A DNA stretch of 64,000 nucleotides from a virus. Under the pieces are notes generated by a model. The model was not told where the DNA came from. It was given only the letters and a program-made list of their open reading frames with translations, and did no database searches. Below are positions 39,398 through 49,396 of this stretch, one piece after another. The DNA lies in IMG/VR virus record IMGVR_UViG_3300022920_000004, positions 1-64,000 of that record. One strand, 5' to 3'. Made by a program: the position numbers and the translations under genes. Positions within the stretch are counted from its first letter, which is position 1. Each line of letters opens with the position of its first letter.

Positions 39398-39865
39398 TTA
39401 AAATATTTTTATAAATACACCATGACCAATCTTGTCAACGCTGTACCATTGTTCTGTTCTTAAATTATTTTCATTTGGCAATTCCCCATTAATTGTCATA
39501 GGTATAGGAAATACATATTTTACATTATCATCTTCTATTATATTATGAGATGTTAATAAATCTTGTATTAATTCTACACTATTACTAAAATCAAAAAGAG
39601 CTTTAGTTTTTCTTACATGATGATAACCTATAAATATAGGATTTTCTTTACCAATCATCATTTCTTCAAACTTACTTCTAAGTTTTTCTATTTCATTAGG
39701 TTTATTAGGGTCTACATAACCTTTAACTTCTTTCTTTCTTGAGTTAAAATGTTGTATTCCTAATGTTCTGATGTACTTACTAACTGTTGGGGAATGAAAT
39801 ATTCCTCTACTAGTTTTGACTTTGCTGTTTTTTAAACTTGGTACTGAACCTGGTATAAAAATCAT
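39398..39865 (-). CDS. RusA-like Holliday junction resolvase
   Basis: VPSLKN, FDFSN...QDLL and IIEDDN acidic motifs. Confidence 0.7.
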   Translation of the reverse strand: MIFIPGSVPSLKNSKVKTSRGIFHSPTVSKYIRTLGIQHFNSRKKEVKGYVDPNKPNEIEKLRSKFEEMMIGKENPIFIGYHHVRKTKALFDFSNSVELIQDLLTSHNIIEDDNVKYVFPIPMTINGELPNENNLRTEQWYSVDKIGHGVFIKIF

Positions 39866-40086
39866 AATCGTATTAAATTATAATCATCTTCATAATCATT
39901 ATTTTCTAACCAAGTTTCTATTTCAGTTTCAGTGTTTTTAAAATTATAACTTTCAATTTCAGAGACTATAACTAACTCTAATAATGAAGTTGACACCTCA
40001 TAAAGTCTAATTAATTTACTACCTGTTGCAAATTCAAAATTATCATCAACACTAGTTTCCTTTTCTACTACATAATATAAATTCAT
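39862..40086 (-). CDS. Hypothetical acidic protein
   Basis: ATGA-coupled ORF. Confidence 0.5.
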   Translation of the reverse strand: MNLYYVVEKETSVDDNFEFATGSKLIRLYEVSTSLLELVIVSEIESYNFKNTETEIETWLENNDYEDDYNLIRL

Positions 40087-40098
40087 TATATTTTATTT

Positions 40099-40257
40099 TT
40101 AACAGGATTGATCACAAGGAGCACTCCCACAAGTTTCACATTCAGTAGGTGAAAATCCACATTGTTCGTAAGCATCACCTTCTACAGTTTTACTACCACA
40201 ATCTGGACATTCACCATCTATTTCATCTTCACTATAACCACTTCCATCAAAACACAT
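40099..40257 (-). CDS. Small Cys-rich acidic zinc-ribbon protein (52 aa)
   Basis: Manual translation MCFDGSGYSEDEIDGECPDCGSKTVEGDAYEQCGFSPTECETCGSAPCDQSC. Confidence 0.65.
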   Translation of the reverse strand: MCFDGSGYSEDEIDGECPDCGSKTVEGDAYEQCGFSPTECETCGSAPCDQSC

Positions 40258-40391
40258 TATTCATCTTTATTTTCAGTTCTACAAATACCACACACTTGAT
40301 TACCTTCTTTTAAAGCATCCATTTTAGGAATATGTGTAGTTTCTTTATTACATTTTTTACAACGTAAATCTTTTAATTTAACTTTTTTCAT
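40257..40391 (-). CDS. Small basic zinc-ribbon protein (44 aa)
   Basis: Manual translation MKKVKLKDLRCKKCNKETTHIPKMDALKEGNQVCGICRTENKDE; two CxxC; TAATG-coupled. Confidence 0.6.
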   Translation of the reverse strand: MKKVKLKDLRCKKCNKETTHIPKMDALKEGNQVCGICRTENKDE

Positions 40392-40845
40392 TATTATACC
40401 ATTTTATAAATTTTATTACTGCTTCGTAAGTGCTTTCAATTTTAGTGTTCAGTGTTGAATACAATTCAAAGTAATTTTTATCTAATACTGAATTACAATT
40501 AGTAGATAATCTACAATTATCTCCTTCTATTTCAATTATCATGTTACCGTTAAAAAGGTTTTCAATTTTTTCAACAACACCCATTAATAAATTCCAATCT
40601 GTATTATAATTTAAACTCCATTTATAATTATCATAAGGCTTTTTATCATTATAATAATCTTCATCTGCAAAACTACCAAACTTTTTCTGTTTTAGGAATT
40701 CTTCACTTGGATTTTTTACATAAATATCTGTAGTTTCCCAACCACCAGCTTTATCACCAGCTTCATATAAATCATTTTCATATTTACCATCAGGTATATA
40801 AATCCAACCATCAAATTCTGCTATTAATCTATTATTTTCTTCCAT
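40378..40845 (-). CDS. Hypothetical protein (paralog of 40832-41173)
   Basis: LIAEF...DWNLLMGVVEKIE...TYEAVIKFIKWYN. Confidence 0.6.
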   Translation of the reverse strand: MEENNRLIAEFDGWIYIPDGKYENDLYEAGDKAGGWETTDIYVKNPSEEFLKQKKFGSFADEDYYNDKKPYDNYKWSLNYNTDWNLLMGVVEKIENLFNGNMIIEIEGDNCRLSTNCNSVLDKNYFELYSTLNTKIESTYEAVIKFIKWYNNEKS

Positions 40846-41173
40846 TATACCATTCTATAAATTCAATTATTGCTTTATATGTATTATTAATTTGAGGTAT
40901 GTTATCAATAATTATATTATATTTTTCTAATTCATCTAATTCACAACATATTTCTAAAATTTTACTAATACAAGGCATTAACCAATCCCAAGATTCTTTA
41001 AATCTAAGTGATGTAACATACCAAGTTTCATCTTCCATCTCATCGTAAATAAGGCTATTTAATAAATTTAATTCACTACTTGGCATCCATAATTTAATAT
41101 ATGAATTTTCACATTTTAAATTCATAAAATTAGCTATTAATTCATCACCAGATAATTTTTTCTGAGCTCCCAT
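40832..41173 (-). CDS. Hypothetical protein (paralog of 40378-40845)
   Basis: LIANF...SWDWLMPCISKI...TYKAIIEFIEWYN. Confidence 0.6.
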   Translation of the reverse strand: MGAQKKLSGDELIANFMNLKCENSYIKLWMPSSELNLLNSLIYDEMEDETWYVTSLRFKESWDWLMPCISKILEICCELDELEKYNIIIDNIPQINNTYKAIIEFIEWYNGRK

Positions 41174-41834
41174 TGTTTTCTTCTATTATTTTATTAATAT
41201 CATTAAAATGTGTACAATTCCAATCAATGTTTTTTTTAACAGCATCATTTGGGTTTGTAAATTCTAAAATATAATTATTATTACTATTTATATATTGTTT
41301 AAATGATTGAGCTTGATTACCCCATAAACAGTATATAATACCTGTATTAACCTCGCTAAGAGACTTTAATAAATATTTAATAAAGTAACTCCAATATATA
41401 GAATGACTTCCTTGTTTTCCTCTAATTGCACTTAAAGATGTGTTAATACATAAAACACCTTGTTTAGACCAATTACTTAAACCATAATCCATAAAATATA
41501 AACCATCTTTAACATTATTAGTTATACATTGCTCTATTTTAGAAAGGGGTTCACTTATGTAAACCCCATGTTTTTCTTCATTAGCAAATGCAATACCAAT
41601 ATCTTTATCATTAGCGTAAGGATTATCTCCTAATATAACAACCTTTAATTTATTATAATCAGTATCTGTAAAAGCTTTAAAAATATCCTTTTTTAGAGGA
41701 AATACTTTTTTACCACTTCTATATTCTTCATTAATAAATTTAATAAGTTTATGCATATATTTACTATCTAATAAATCCTGTCTTAATAAACTATACCAAG
41801 TATTAAATACTTGTTTTTGTACATTAAAATTCAT
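41145..41834 (-). CDS. ung: Family-1 uracil-DNA glycosylase homolog with altered catalytic motifs
   Basis: VFP..DIFKAF, KVVILGDNPY, GIAF, WSKQGVLCIN and LWGNQA; GQDPY reads GDNPY and HPSP reads NPND. Confidence 0.85.
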   Translation of the reverse strand: MNFNVQKQVFNTWYSLLRQDLLDSKYMHKLIKFINEEYRSGKKVFPLKKDIFKAFTDTDYNKLKVVILGDNPYANDKDIGIAFANEEKHGVYISEPLSKIEQCITNNVKDGLYFMDYGLSNWSKQGVLCINTSLSAIRGKQGSHSIYWSYFIKYLLKSLSEVNTGIIYCLWGNQAQSFKQYINSNNNYILEFTNPNDAVKKNIDWNCTHFNDINKIIEENNGSSEKIIW

Positions 41835-43566
41835 CTTCTATTTCTAAATTTTCAATTAATGCATTTACAACTTCTTCTTCATTATTATGAACTGCTACAG
41901 GTGCAATTGGTGGATTTAAACCTTCTAAAAATATTTCAATATCCCTATTTACAATAGCTTCAACATTATTTCTTCTAATATGTCTTGATGTTTCCCAAGT
42001 AAATTCTTTAATTTCATCTTGAATTTCTTTATTTTTAACAGGAACACTCCAATCTATTCTAGAATATGCAGATATTGCACTTTCATCACCTTTAACATTA
42101 CCTTGACAGTTTTGAGAATAAGTAATATCTTTTCTATCTCTAACATAACTATAAATACAACTGTATAAATTAGATTTATAAGCATTACTAAGATGAATAT
42201 TATTGTAGATGCTTTTTTCTAAAATACTATATAAGTTATTATTTCTAAAAGTTCTTTTATAATTAGACAAAATAGCTGTAGTATTATCTTTAACAAAATT
42301 AATAATACTTCCACACATTACAATATAATTAATTACTTTATTGGCTTCAAATGTAGGTGTATGAATTCTAAATTCAACAGTTTCTTTATTATCAAATATT
42401 AAAGGTAACATATTAGCCCATAAATAACGTGTTTTCACTTGCCACTTCCTATTACCATTTGGGTCTGAAGGATGGGATTTAACATTATCTAATGAATTAT
42501 AATTACCTTTAAAATCAACACCTCCAGATAAATAAGCAAATAAAACATCAAAATTATCAACAATATTTTCATTATTAATAACTTTATCCATTTGACTTAT
42601 TAATTTGTGAGATGGTAATTGTTGAGTATAATCATTTTGTTTAACTCCAAAATTATATTTCTTATATAAAGGAAATAATTCATATACATCATCTTGAATA
42701 TGAACTAAAGTTTTATATAATGCTAAAATAAATTCCATTGTTCTAGGAATACCACCTATATGTAAATGTAATGCACAATTATCATCAAAATCAGTTCTAT
42801 CTTTTAATAATTTACAAGATTCTACTACAGTTTGCAAACCTTTTTTACCAGATAAAGGTATTGTTACATATTCAATACCAGTAATACTACCATCTCTTAA
42901 AGGAATTAATCCTAATGGTTTAGCTAATCTATCAGGAATATTACCTTTAGTAGTTTCAAATTCTAATCCAAAACTTAAACCTTTAATAACATCACCATAT
43001 CTTTCAATATTTCTATTAATTTCAAGATTATTATTGTTGTAATCTTCAGTATAATTACCTATAATATTTTTACAATTATATTCTAAACTTCTTTTATAAG
43101 AAGAGTTAGGTATATGTTTTTTATTAAATGATTTTGCTTGAATACTATTTATATTATAAAATATACCATCTTGTAAACGTTCTCTAAATTTATTAGTATT
43201 TTTAAAAACATCTGACGATAAACTAATAATACAACCAATATTATTATTAACATATACATTTTTAAATTTATTAGGTGTAAAATATCCATAAATTAAATTA
43301 CCATTTATTACATCAACAATACCATTTAATAAATTACAATTATTTTTAACTACATACTCTTCAAGTTCATAGTCATATGTTATATAACCAGTTTCATATC
43401 TATAATATTTATCATTAATATAATAACAATCGCCTGAATCTATTATTTTAACATCTCCTATAATATAATAATCTCCAGATATTCTACGACATTTTGATTT
43501 ATCAATAGAAACTCCATTGATTGTAGTAACCATAACTACTTTTTTTTCTTCTATATTTTCGTTCAT
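41824..43566 (-). CDS. Putative amidoligase (glutamate-cysteine-ligase-like, Amidoligase_2)
   Basis: FGLEFET, RDGSI.GIEYVT, CALHLHIG, RY.WAN and TVEFRIH. Confidence 0.8.
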   Translation of the reverse strand: MNENIEEKKVVMVTTINGVSIDKSKCRRISGDYYIIGDVKIIDSGDCYYINDKYYRYETGYITYDYELEEYVVKNNCNLLNGIVDVINGNLIYGYFTPNKFKNVYVNNNIGCIISLSSDVFKNTNKFRERLQDGIFYNINSIQAKSFNKKHIPNSSYKRSLEYNCKNIIGNYTEDYNNNNLEINRNIERYGDVIKGLSFGLEFETTKGNIPDRLAKPLGLIPLRDGSITGIEYVTIPLSGKKGLQTVVESCKLLKDRTDFDDNCALHLHIGGIPRTMEFILALYKTLVHIQDDVYELFPLYKKYNFGVKQNDYTQQLPSHKLISQMDKVINNENIVDNFDVLFAYLSGGVDFKGNYNSLDNVKSHPSDPNGNRKWQVKTRYLWANMLPLIFDNKETVEFRIHTPTFEANKVINYIVMCGSIINFVKDNTTAILSNYKRTFRNNNLYSILEKSIYNNIHLSNAYKSNLYSCIYSYVRDRKDITYSQNCQGNVKGDESAISAYSRIDWSVPVKNKEIQDEIKEFTWETSRHIRRNNVEAIVNRDIEIFLEGLNPPIAPVAVHNNEEEVVNALIENLEIEDEF

Positions 43567-43569
43567 TGT

Positions 43570-45414
43570 TTAATTTATTTGTAAAGTTGCTATTTTTTCC
43601 ATTTTAAGTGTTACATTTTTTAATATTTTAATAGAATCCATTGCTATTTTATTATCTCCATATTTCTCTAATTGACTTATGAAAGATGGTAATGAAATAT
43701 AAAAATTTATTAACATTTTATCTAAGTCAGCTCTTACTAAGTCATTAGTAAAATCTATTTGAGGTTTAGTTTCTTCCTTTTTATCATTTAACACTATTGT
43801 CATTAATGCAGTACTTGTTTTCAGTAAATCTTTATCTGAAACTAAATCCTTTTTCTTTTCAGGTTTAAAAGGAATTGTAGTTGCATTTCTAGCTGATTTA
43901 GTTTCTATTAAATTACCGTCTTTTATTTTATAAATTCTATCAGAACCTAACATACAATATATTCCTGTAAATAAAATACCATCTCTCATAATACCTTGAT
44001 TATTATAATGTGGAAATTTTTTTGTTATATCTACAATAGGATGTTTTGCAGCCCAAGATAATCTTTTTATATCAAGTATCATATCTCCATCTATCACAAA
44101 AGTATTTAATTGTGTAAAATCTAAATCAGTTTTAAGTTGAATACCATCAATAAAATAATATAAAGGTGGGTTAGTAATTTCTTTACCATCAATACCATGT
44201 ACAAAAGGTATAAAAGAATGTTGATCTAATTCAAACTCATCTTTTATGAAATCTCCTTGCCAAAATTCTTTATTTACAATATCATAAAATGCATCACTAG
44301 CAGCTTTAGGATCTTTTTCATCTAAAAAGTAATATCCATATCCTTTAACAAAAGTATAAATACCATTTATTAAATGACCATTTCTATAAAATCTAAGTTT
44401 ATTAAAATATACTCTACCATTATAATCATTTATATTTCTAATAGGTTTTTCATCATGAATACTAACTTTTGAAGAATTTTCAGAAGCTTTGAGCTGTTGT
44501 TTAGCTTTTCTAGCAAGTCTTCTAGTTGTAGCACCTCCTGTTATTAAATTTTTAACAGGTTCATGAGTTTTATTAAACTTATTACTATAAATTTGTTTAT
44601 ATTGATAATCATAAGTTTGCGTTGAATTAGATCTATCTACTTTAATTATAACAGCATTATCTACATCACCATCAGTAATTTTATATACTTTATTATGTTC
44701 AAATTCTCCTACATTTTTAATATCAGCACCTATAGCATAAAGTGAATCTTCTATAGAAGAAATATATAAGCTATTTTTAGATTCCTTATAATAATATAAA
44801 GGTCTTTCTTCAATATTTTCAGGAGTGTATCTATTTTTTTTACTTGCCCCATGATAACAATACATTACATTAGGTTCATTAACATTATAAAATATTAATG
44901 CTGCTGCTCCATTATAATCATTTAGTACTTTAAAATCGTTTTCTTGATGAATAATTTCTAATAATATTTCAGAATCAATTTTATTCCTATAAGTGATTAA
45001 TTCTTGTCCATTTTTTAATTCAGAAATGTCTCTAACATTTTTTTCAATACCATAATTTTCAGCAAGAACATCTTCATTATGTAAAGAGCCATTATGTACT
45101 CCAATAAAATCTAAAGTACCATCACCATTACCAAATCCAAATGGATGAGCATTTGTTTCATTATGAGCTCCACCTGTAGCCCATCTTGTATGCCCTATAA
45201 CAATTGGTATTGTTACAGGGTTTATATATTCTCTATTGTCAGCAACAAAATCTCTAAATAGTTTTTGTCCTGCTGTACCGTATTTTATAGTACCATCTAC
45301 AGTAATTCCACAAGAATGTTTACCTCTTGTTTCATTAATTATTCCTAATATATTAAATTTATCTACGTTAAAATCTTTAACGTCTTTACCAGCAAATGCT
45401 ATTACTCCGCACAT
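43570..45414 (-). CDS. Class II (Ntn) glutamine amidotransferase
   Basis: N-terminal MCG, RGKHSCG, GHTRWAT, NAHPF, HNG, DSE and ERPL. Confidence 0.9.
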   Translation of the reverse strand: MCGVIAFAGKDVKDFNVDKFNILGIINETRGKHSCGITVDGTIKYGTAGQKLFRDFVADNREYINPVTIPIVIGHTRWATGGAHNETNAHPFGFGNGDGTLDFIGVHNGSLHNEDVLAENYGIEKNVRDISELKNGQELITYRNKIDSEILLEIIHQENDFKVLNDYNGAAALIFYNVNEPNVMYCYHGASKKNRYTPENIEERPLYYYKESKNSLYISSIEDSLYAIGADIKNVGEFEHNKVYKITDGDVDNAVIIKVDRSNSTQTYDYQYKQIYSNKFNKTHEPVKNLITGGATTRRLARKAKQQLKASENSSKVSIHDEKPIRNINDYNGRVYFNKLRFYRNGHLINGIYTFVKGYGYYFLDEKDPKAASDAFYDIVNKEFWQGDFIKDEFELDQHSFIPFVHGIDGKEITNPPLYYFIDGIQLKTDLDFTQLNTFVIDGDMILDIKRLSWAAKHPIVDITKKFPHYNNQGIMRDGILFTGIYCMLGSDRIYKIKDGNLIETKSARNATTIPFKPEKKKDLVSDKDLLKTSTALMTIVLNDKKEETKPQIDFTNDLVRADLDKMLINFYISLPSFISQLEKYGDNKIAMDSIKILKNVTLKMEKIATLQIN

Positions 45415-45415
45415 A

Positions 45416-46243
45416 TTATATCTTTATTTTTTCTTTTGTTAATATTGTTACTATTTCTTTATTTATTTCTGTATATAATTCTTTAGCTAAATCTACATTA
45501 GATTCATTTATTGCTAATTGTATATTATCACCATACTTTTCAAATATCTCTGATAAATCATTGTTTAAAGCTAATTCTACAGCTTTAATAGTTTCATTAT
45601 AAACCCATTCAATAGTTTCATCAGATTGTATCCAAAAGTTAGATAATATTCTACATTCAACACCAAAATCTTTAAATCTAAATGCCCCTGCTTTACCATA
45701 CATTCTTCTACGTCTTGTATCAGGATCTAACCATACTGAAGGTAAACCTAGTAATATATCAAAAGCTTTAACAACGTTTTCTTGCTTCTCTTGAGTTACA
45801 TTAGGGAAACCTATATGAACGTGCCCTCCAGCACTTCTAAGTCTTCCTTTAGATGCTGGTGGTGTATTAGCTTCACGTTTCCAAACATTAAAATCAGGTT
45901 CGCAACCAAATCTTTTAGCTTGTTCAGTTTTAAGATACTTTTTATCCAACATTGATGAAGCTGAATAATTTAAAGATATATTATTTTTTTCAAACTTCTC
46001 ATTTAAATAATTTTTTACAAGGTTAATGTTATCTTTAAATTCATCCATTGTATTTGATGGTGGAATATTAAACTCCACCATTACGTTATCTTCTTGTACA
46101 CAATGTCCTTTATCTGTAATAGGTAAAGGTTCTTCTTTTGTACCACCAACTAATCCTTCTGCTGATATAATTTGACCATCTTTTTCTAAGAATAATTCTG
46201 GGTCACATCCTAATGTTATTACTGTTCTTTTATTATTTTTCAT
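45416..46243 (-). CDS. phiEco32-like COOH-NH2 ligase type 2
   Basis: LGCDPELFL, QEDNVMVEFNIPP, FGCEPDFN, RSAGGHVHIG, RRRMYGKAG.FR and GVECR.LSNFW. Confidence 0.9.
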   Translation of the reverse strand: MKNNKRTVITLGCDPELFLEKDGQIISAEGLVGGTKEEPLPITDKGHCVQEDNVMVEFNIPPSNTMDEFKDNINLVKNYLNEKFEKNNISLNYSASSMLDKKYLKTEQAKRFGCEPDFNVWKREANTPPASKGRLRSAGGHVHIGFPNVTQEKQENVVKAFDILLGLPSVWLDPDTRRRRMYGKAGAFRFKDFGVECRILSNFWIQSDETIEWVYNETIKAVELALNNDLSEIFEKYGDNIQLAINESNVDLAKELYTEINKEIVTILTKEKIKI

Positions 46244-46441
46244 TTATTTTCTAATTTTATTCAATATCTATATTCACTTTGTCAACTAACATCCACTCAC
46301 AACTATCTATAATAAATCCAAATTCTGTTAAAAATTCTAAGATATCATCCCATTCATTTAAATCATAATTTTTTATATAAATTGTATTGTCTGTTTTATC
46401 TAAAATAATTAACTTTTTCATTTATTGTTATTTGTTTTTCA

Positions 46442-46822
46442 CTATTTTATTAATTCTAATGCTTTTTGTAAACCTTTTTCTAATGCTTGTTCGTATGTGT
46501 TCCAGCAGCCTGATTCATTAGGTCCTGAAAATTCAGAATCAGCAATATGAGTTCCTCCTCTTTCAGGTGTATAATGCGATTCCCAACAATACCCTGATGC
46601 ATTAGCATATGAGTTTACAATTATTTGATACTCTTCTCTCAACCAACGTTGTAATAAACTTTGTGTTGGTCTTAGTATAACTCTACTTACGTCTATTTGA
46701 GAATCTTCATAAACTAACCATTCATAAAAAAATTCACCATCTTCATAAAAGTAAGACATCCAATCAAATCCTTTTTTCTTAGCTAATTCAGCAACTTCAA
46801 AACTTACTAATTCATCTTTCAT
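46442..46822 (-). CDS. Hypothetical protein (Bacteroidota phage family)
   Basis: VSFEVAELAKKKGF, PTQSLLQRWLRE and TYEQALEKGL. Confidence 0.6.
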   Translation of the reverse strand: MKDELVSFEVAELAKKKGFDWMSYFYEDGEFFYEWLVYEDSQIDVSRVILRPTQSLLQRWLREEYQIIVNSYANASGYCWESHYTPERGGTHIADSEFSGPNESGCWNTYEQALEKGLQKALELIK

Positions 46823-46834
46823 TTTTCTAATTGT

Positions 46835-47311
46835 TTAATTTGAATAATATTTATCAAAAGCATCCATTACTAAATTATAATTATGCTCATTGTAATTAGG
46901 ATATTCTTTTATAAATTCTGAAATTGGTTTTATTTTAATATCTTTTAAAAATTCAAAATTTCTAATTACTATTGCTCCCTTCGTACCTATTATATCTTCA
47001 ATAGCGTAATATTTACTACTACCTCTACCCATTGATGCTATTTCATCATAAGCATCCATTTTATCATAAGATTCACCTAGTATTTTTATAATATTTAAAA
47101 TAGAGAAATCTGAAGTGTAAATGTCACCATACAATATTACACCTTCTTCAATATTTCCTTGCATTTCACCTTCTAATCCAAATAAACTATTGTAATCACA
47201 AGGTTTTTCATTTACTAAAAAACATTTTTGTATATCATCATATTTTAAAGTAACAGATTTTAAATTTTCTATCATTACTTGCTTAATAAGTTTCTCACTA
47301 AATCTAAACAA
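46835..47311 (-). CDS. Hypothetical protein
   Basis: ORF; the true start may be the downstream Met (MIENL). Confidence 0.5.
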   Translation of the reverse strand: MFRFSEKLIKQVMIENLKSVTLKYDDIQKCFLVNEKPCDYNSLFGLEGEMQGNIEEGVILYGDIYTSDFSILNIIKILGESYDKMDAYDEIASMGRGSSKYYAIEDIIGTKGAIVIRNFEFLKDIKIKPISEFIKEYPNYNEHNYNLVMDAFDKYYSN

Positions 47312-47955
47312 TAATTAGAAGTTTCTGTATCACAACTACTAAATTCAGGATGTCCTTGTATAGCTAAAGCATTTGTATTTTTATAATATACAATTTCAGG
47401 TTCTAAAAACTCTCTAGGAATTTCCATTTCTTCATTTCTACCATTTAAATAAGTATCACTTTTAAAATAAGTAGACCAAGCTATTAAATCATAAGCATCT
47501 TTACTTAATTCATTAGGATACATCATTTGATGGTGTGTAGAAGTCATATTTAAAATAAGATTTTCTTTTGTACTAATAGTATGTTCACCTCCATGTCCAT
47601 TAACATGTTGTATTAAACTACCACCAGAAAGTGCTGTTAAAAACTGAGCTCCTCTACAAATTCCAATTTTAACTACAGATTTAGGTAATCTTTCCCAAAT
47701 ACTAACTTCAAAAGCATCTCTTTCTTTATCAATATGTGTAAATTTACCAATGTTTTGTCCATAGTAATCAGGATTAACATCTGAACCACCAGTAAATACG
47801 ACTAAATCAATAGTTTCTTCTTTTTTAACTAATTTACTAAAATCCGTTAAACTATTAATAACTTTAATGTTAAAATCTTTTAATTTTCCTAACCAAGTTA
47901 AATAATCGTTGTTAGAATTTCCTACTATAATAATATTTTTTTTAATTTTTGACAT
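47275..47955 (-). CDS. Class I glutamine amidotransferase / peptidase C26 (gamma-glutamyl hydrolase-like)
   Basis: FTGGSDV.P, GICRGAQ nucleophile, STHHQ and QGHPE. Confidence 0.9.
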   Translation of the reverse strand: MSKIKKNIIIVGNSNNDYLTWLGKLKDFNIKVINSLTDFSKLVKKEETIDLVVFTGGSDVNPDYYGQNIGKFTHIDKERDAFEVSIWERLPKSVVKIGICRGAQFLTALSGGSLIQHVNGHGGEHTISTKENLILNMTSTHHQMMYPNELSKDAYDLIAWSTYFKSDTYLNGRNEEMEIPREFLEPEIVYYKNTNALAIQGHPEFSSCDTETSNYCLDLVRNLLSK

Positions 47956-47966
47956 AATTTTTTATT

Positions 47967-48161
47967 TTATTTATTTTCTTTAATTGATTCTATTATTGTG
48001 TATTGACTTGGGTAACTTGCTACTAATATACGAGGTAAATATTGATTAGAATTTTTTTTATAAAAATCAATTCTAAGATTTTTCATAGTAACTTCATCAG
48101 CTATAACATCCGTACCAAATTTACTACTTGGCATACTTACGTATAATCTATAAGTTTTCAT
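47967..48161 (-). CDS. Hypothetical protein
   Basis: Short overlapping ORF in the cluster. Confidence 0.45.
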   Translation of the reverse strand: MKTYRLYVSMPSSKFGTDVIADEVTMKNLRIDFYKKNSNQYLPRILVASYPSQYTIIESIKENK

Positions 48162-49002
48162 ATTTATCTATTAATAATTTAGGTAACTCTTCTATATACT
48201 TTTCAGAGGTTTTATCTCCAAATGAGGCGGCAGAATTTATTTCCACTACTATAAATTTAGGTGCTTCTCTCAAGTCACCGTCTTTATTTTTAGCAGATTG
48301 TATTCTTAAATCTACAGCTCCCATATCTAATCCTACAGCTTTTAAAGCTTTTACAGATTCGTCAATAACTTCATCCCAATTAACTGGTTTATCAAATAAT
48401 TCATTATCTTCTAAAATCCAATTGCAATGAGCATCATTTCTATACCATCTAACGTCTTGAGGAGCATCAGCTTGTAACATCTTTCTACAAGTATAGAAAC
48501 ATCCATTCTTAGAAATATGTAGTCTGTATTCTCTGTTATAGCTGTAATACTTTTCAAAGATATATTTACTTAAATCTTTACCTTCCATCCAAGCTTCTAA
48601 TGATTCTTGAGTATCGTGTTTTTTATTACCAGTTCCTCTACTACCAAATATATGTTTAGATATAATTGGATAAGGTAATTCTTCTATATTTTTATTTTCA
48701 CCAGTAAAGCTCTCCATAAAATTATCACCAGTATTTAAATACCAACCAGCAGTTTTAACTTCATCTTCAGTAAAACAAGTTTTCATTAATAGCTTATTAC
48801 TACTATTTTTAATAGCTTCAACAGTATTTAATTCAATTCTACCATCTGTAAATTCTTTACTACTACCAAATCTAATTACAGATTTAAATGGTAACAATGG
48901 TAATGTTTTATTTTCACGTCTTAATATATCGTGAGAAGGGTGGCGACTTCTAATAGCTGGTCTCCATCTTGTAAATCTATTTCTAATAGGCATGTTGTGC
49001 AA
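48148..49002 (-). CDS. ATP-grasp ligase (RimK/GshB-like)
   Basis: NKL.MK, YPIISK..GSRG.G, EKY...EYRLH, GAVD and EINSA. Confidence 0.85.
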   Translation of the reverse strand: MHNMPIRNRFTRWRPAIRSRHPSHDILRRENKTLPLLPFKSVIRFGSSKEFTDGRIELNTVEAIKNSSNKLLMKTCFTEDEVKTAGWYLNTGDNFMESFTGENKNIEELPYPIISKHIFGSRGTGNKKHDTQESLEAWMEGKDLSKYIFEKYYSYNREYRLHISKNGCFYTCRKMLQADAPQDVRWYRNDAHCNWILEDNELFDKPVNWDEVIDESVKALKAVGLDMGAVDLRIQSAKNKDGDLREAPKFIVVEINSAASFGDKTSEKYIEELPKLLIDKYENL

Positions 49003-49396
49003 GGCTTTTTTTAAACATTAAGTGTTCTTTCCAATCGCCACTTTTTACGATTTCTTGTTTATTTAATGGTGTATTATAAATATAACCAATAGCTTCTCCA
49101 AATGGAGTTTCAATAGTTGTTTTTAAATACATGCTCATAAAAGGATTATCTTCATTAAAACCTTCTAAGTTATCTAATTCAGCTAATGTATGATCATCAA
49201 CTTCATATACTTCCATATTTACAGAAGTGTTACCATTTTCATATAATCCAGGATAACTCCCTAAATCAACTAATGTAAATTCAGGTTCAGTTATAAAAGA
49301 ACCTTTAAATTCACTATCTTCTAAATATATATGATTATGTAATCCTTTCATTAAAGAACCATATACAGCTACTAAATATTTTTTATTGTTGTTCAT
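48983..49396 (-). CDS. Gamma-glutamylcyclotransferase (GGACT/YtfP-like)
   Basis: VAVYGSLMKGLHNH, LGSYPG, EVYEV and LDNLEG. Confidence 0.9.
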   Translation of the reverse strand: MNNNKKYLVAVYGSLMKGLHNHIYLEDSEFKGSFITEPEFTLVDLGSYPGLYENGNTSVNMEVYEVDDHTLAELDNLEGFNEDNPFMSMYLKTTIETPFGEAIGYIYNTPLNKQEIVKSGDWKEHLMFKKSLAQHAY

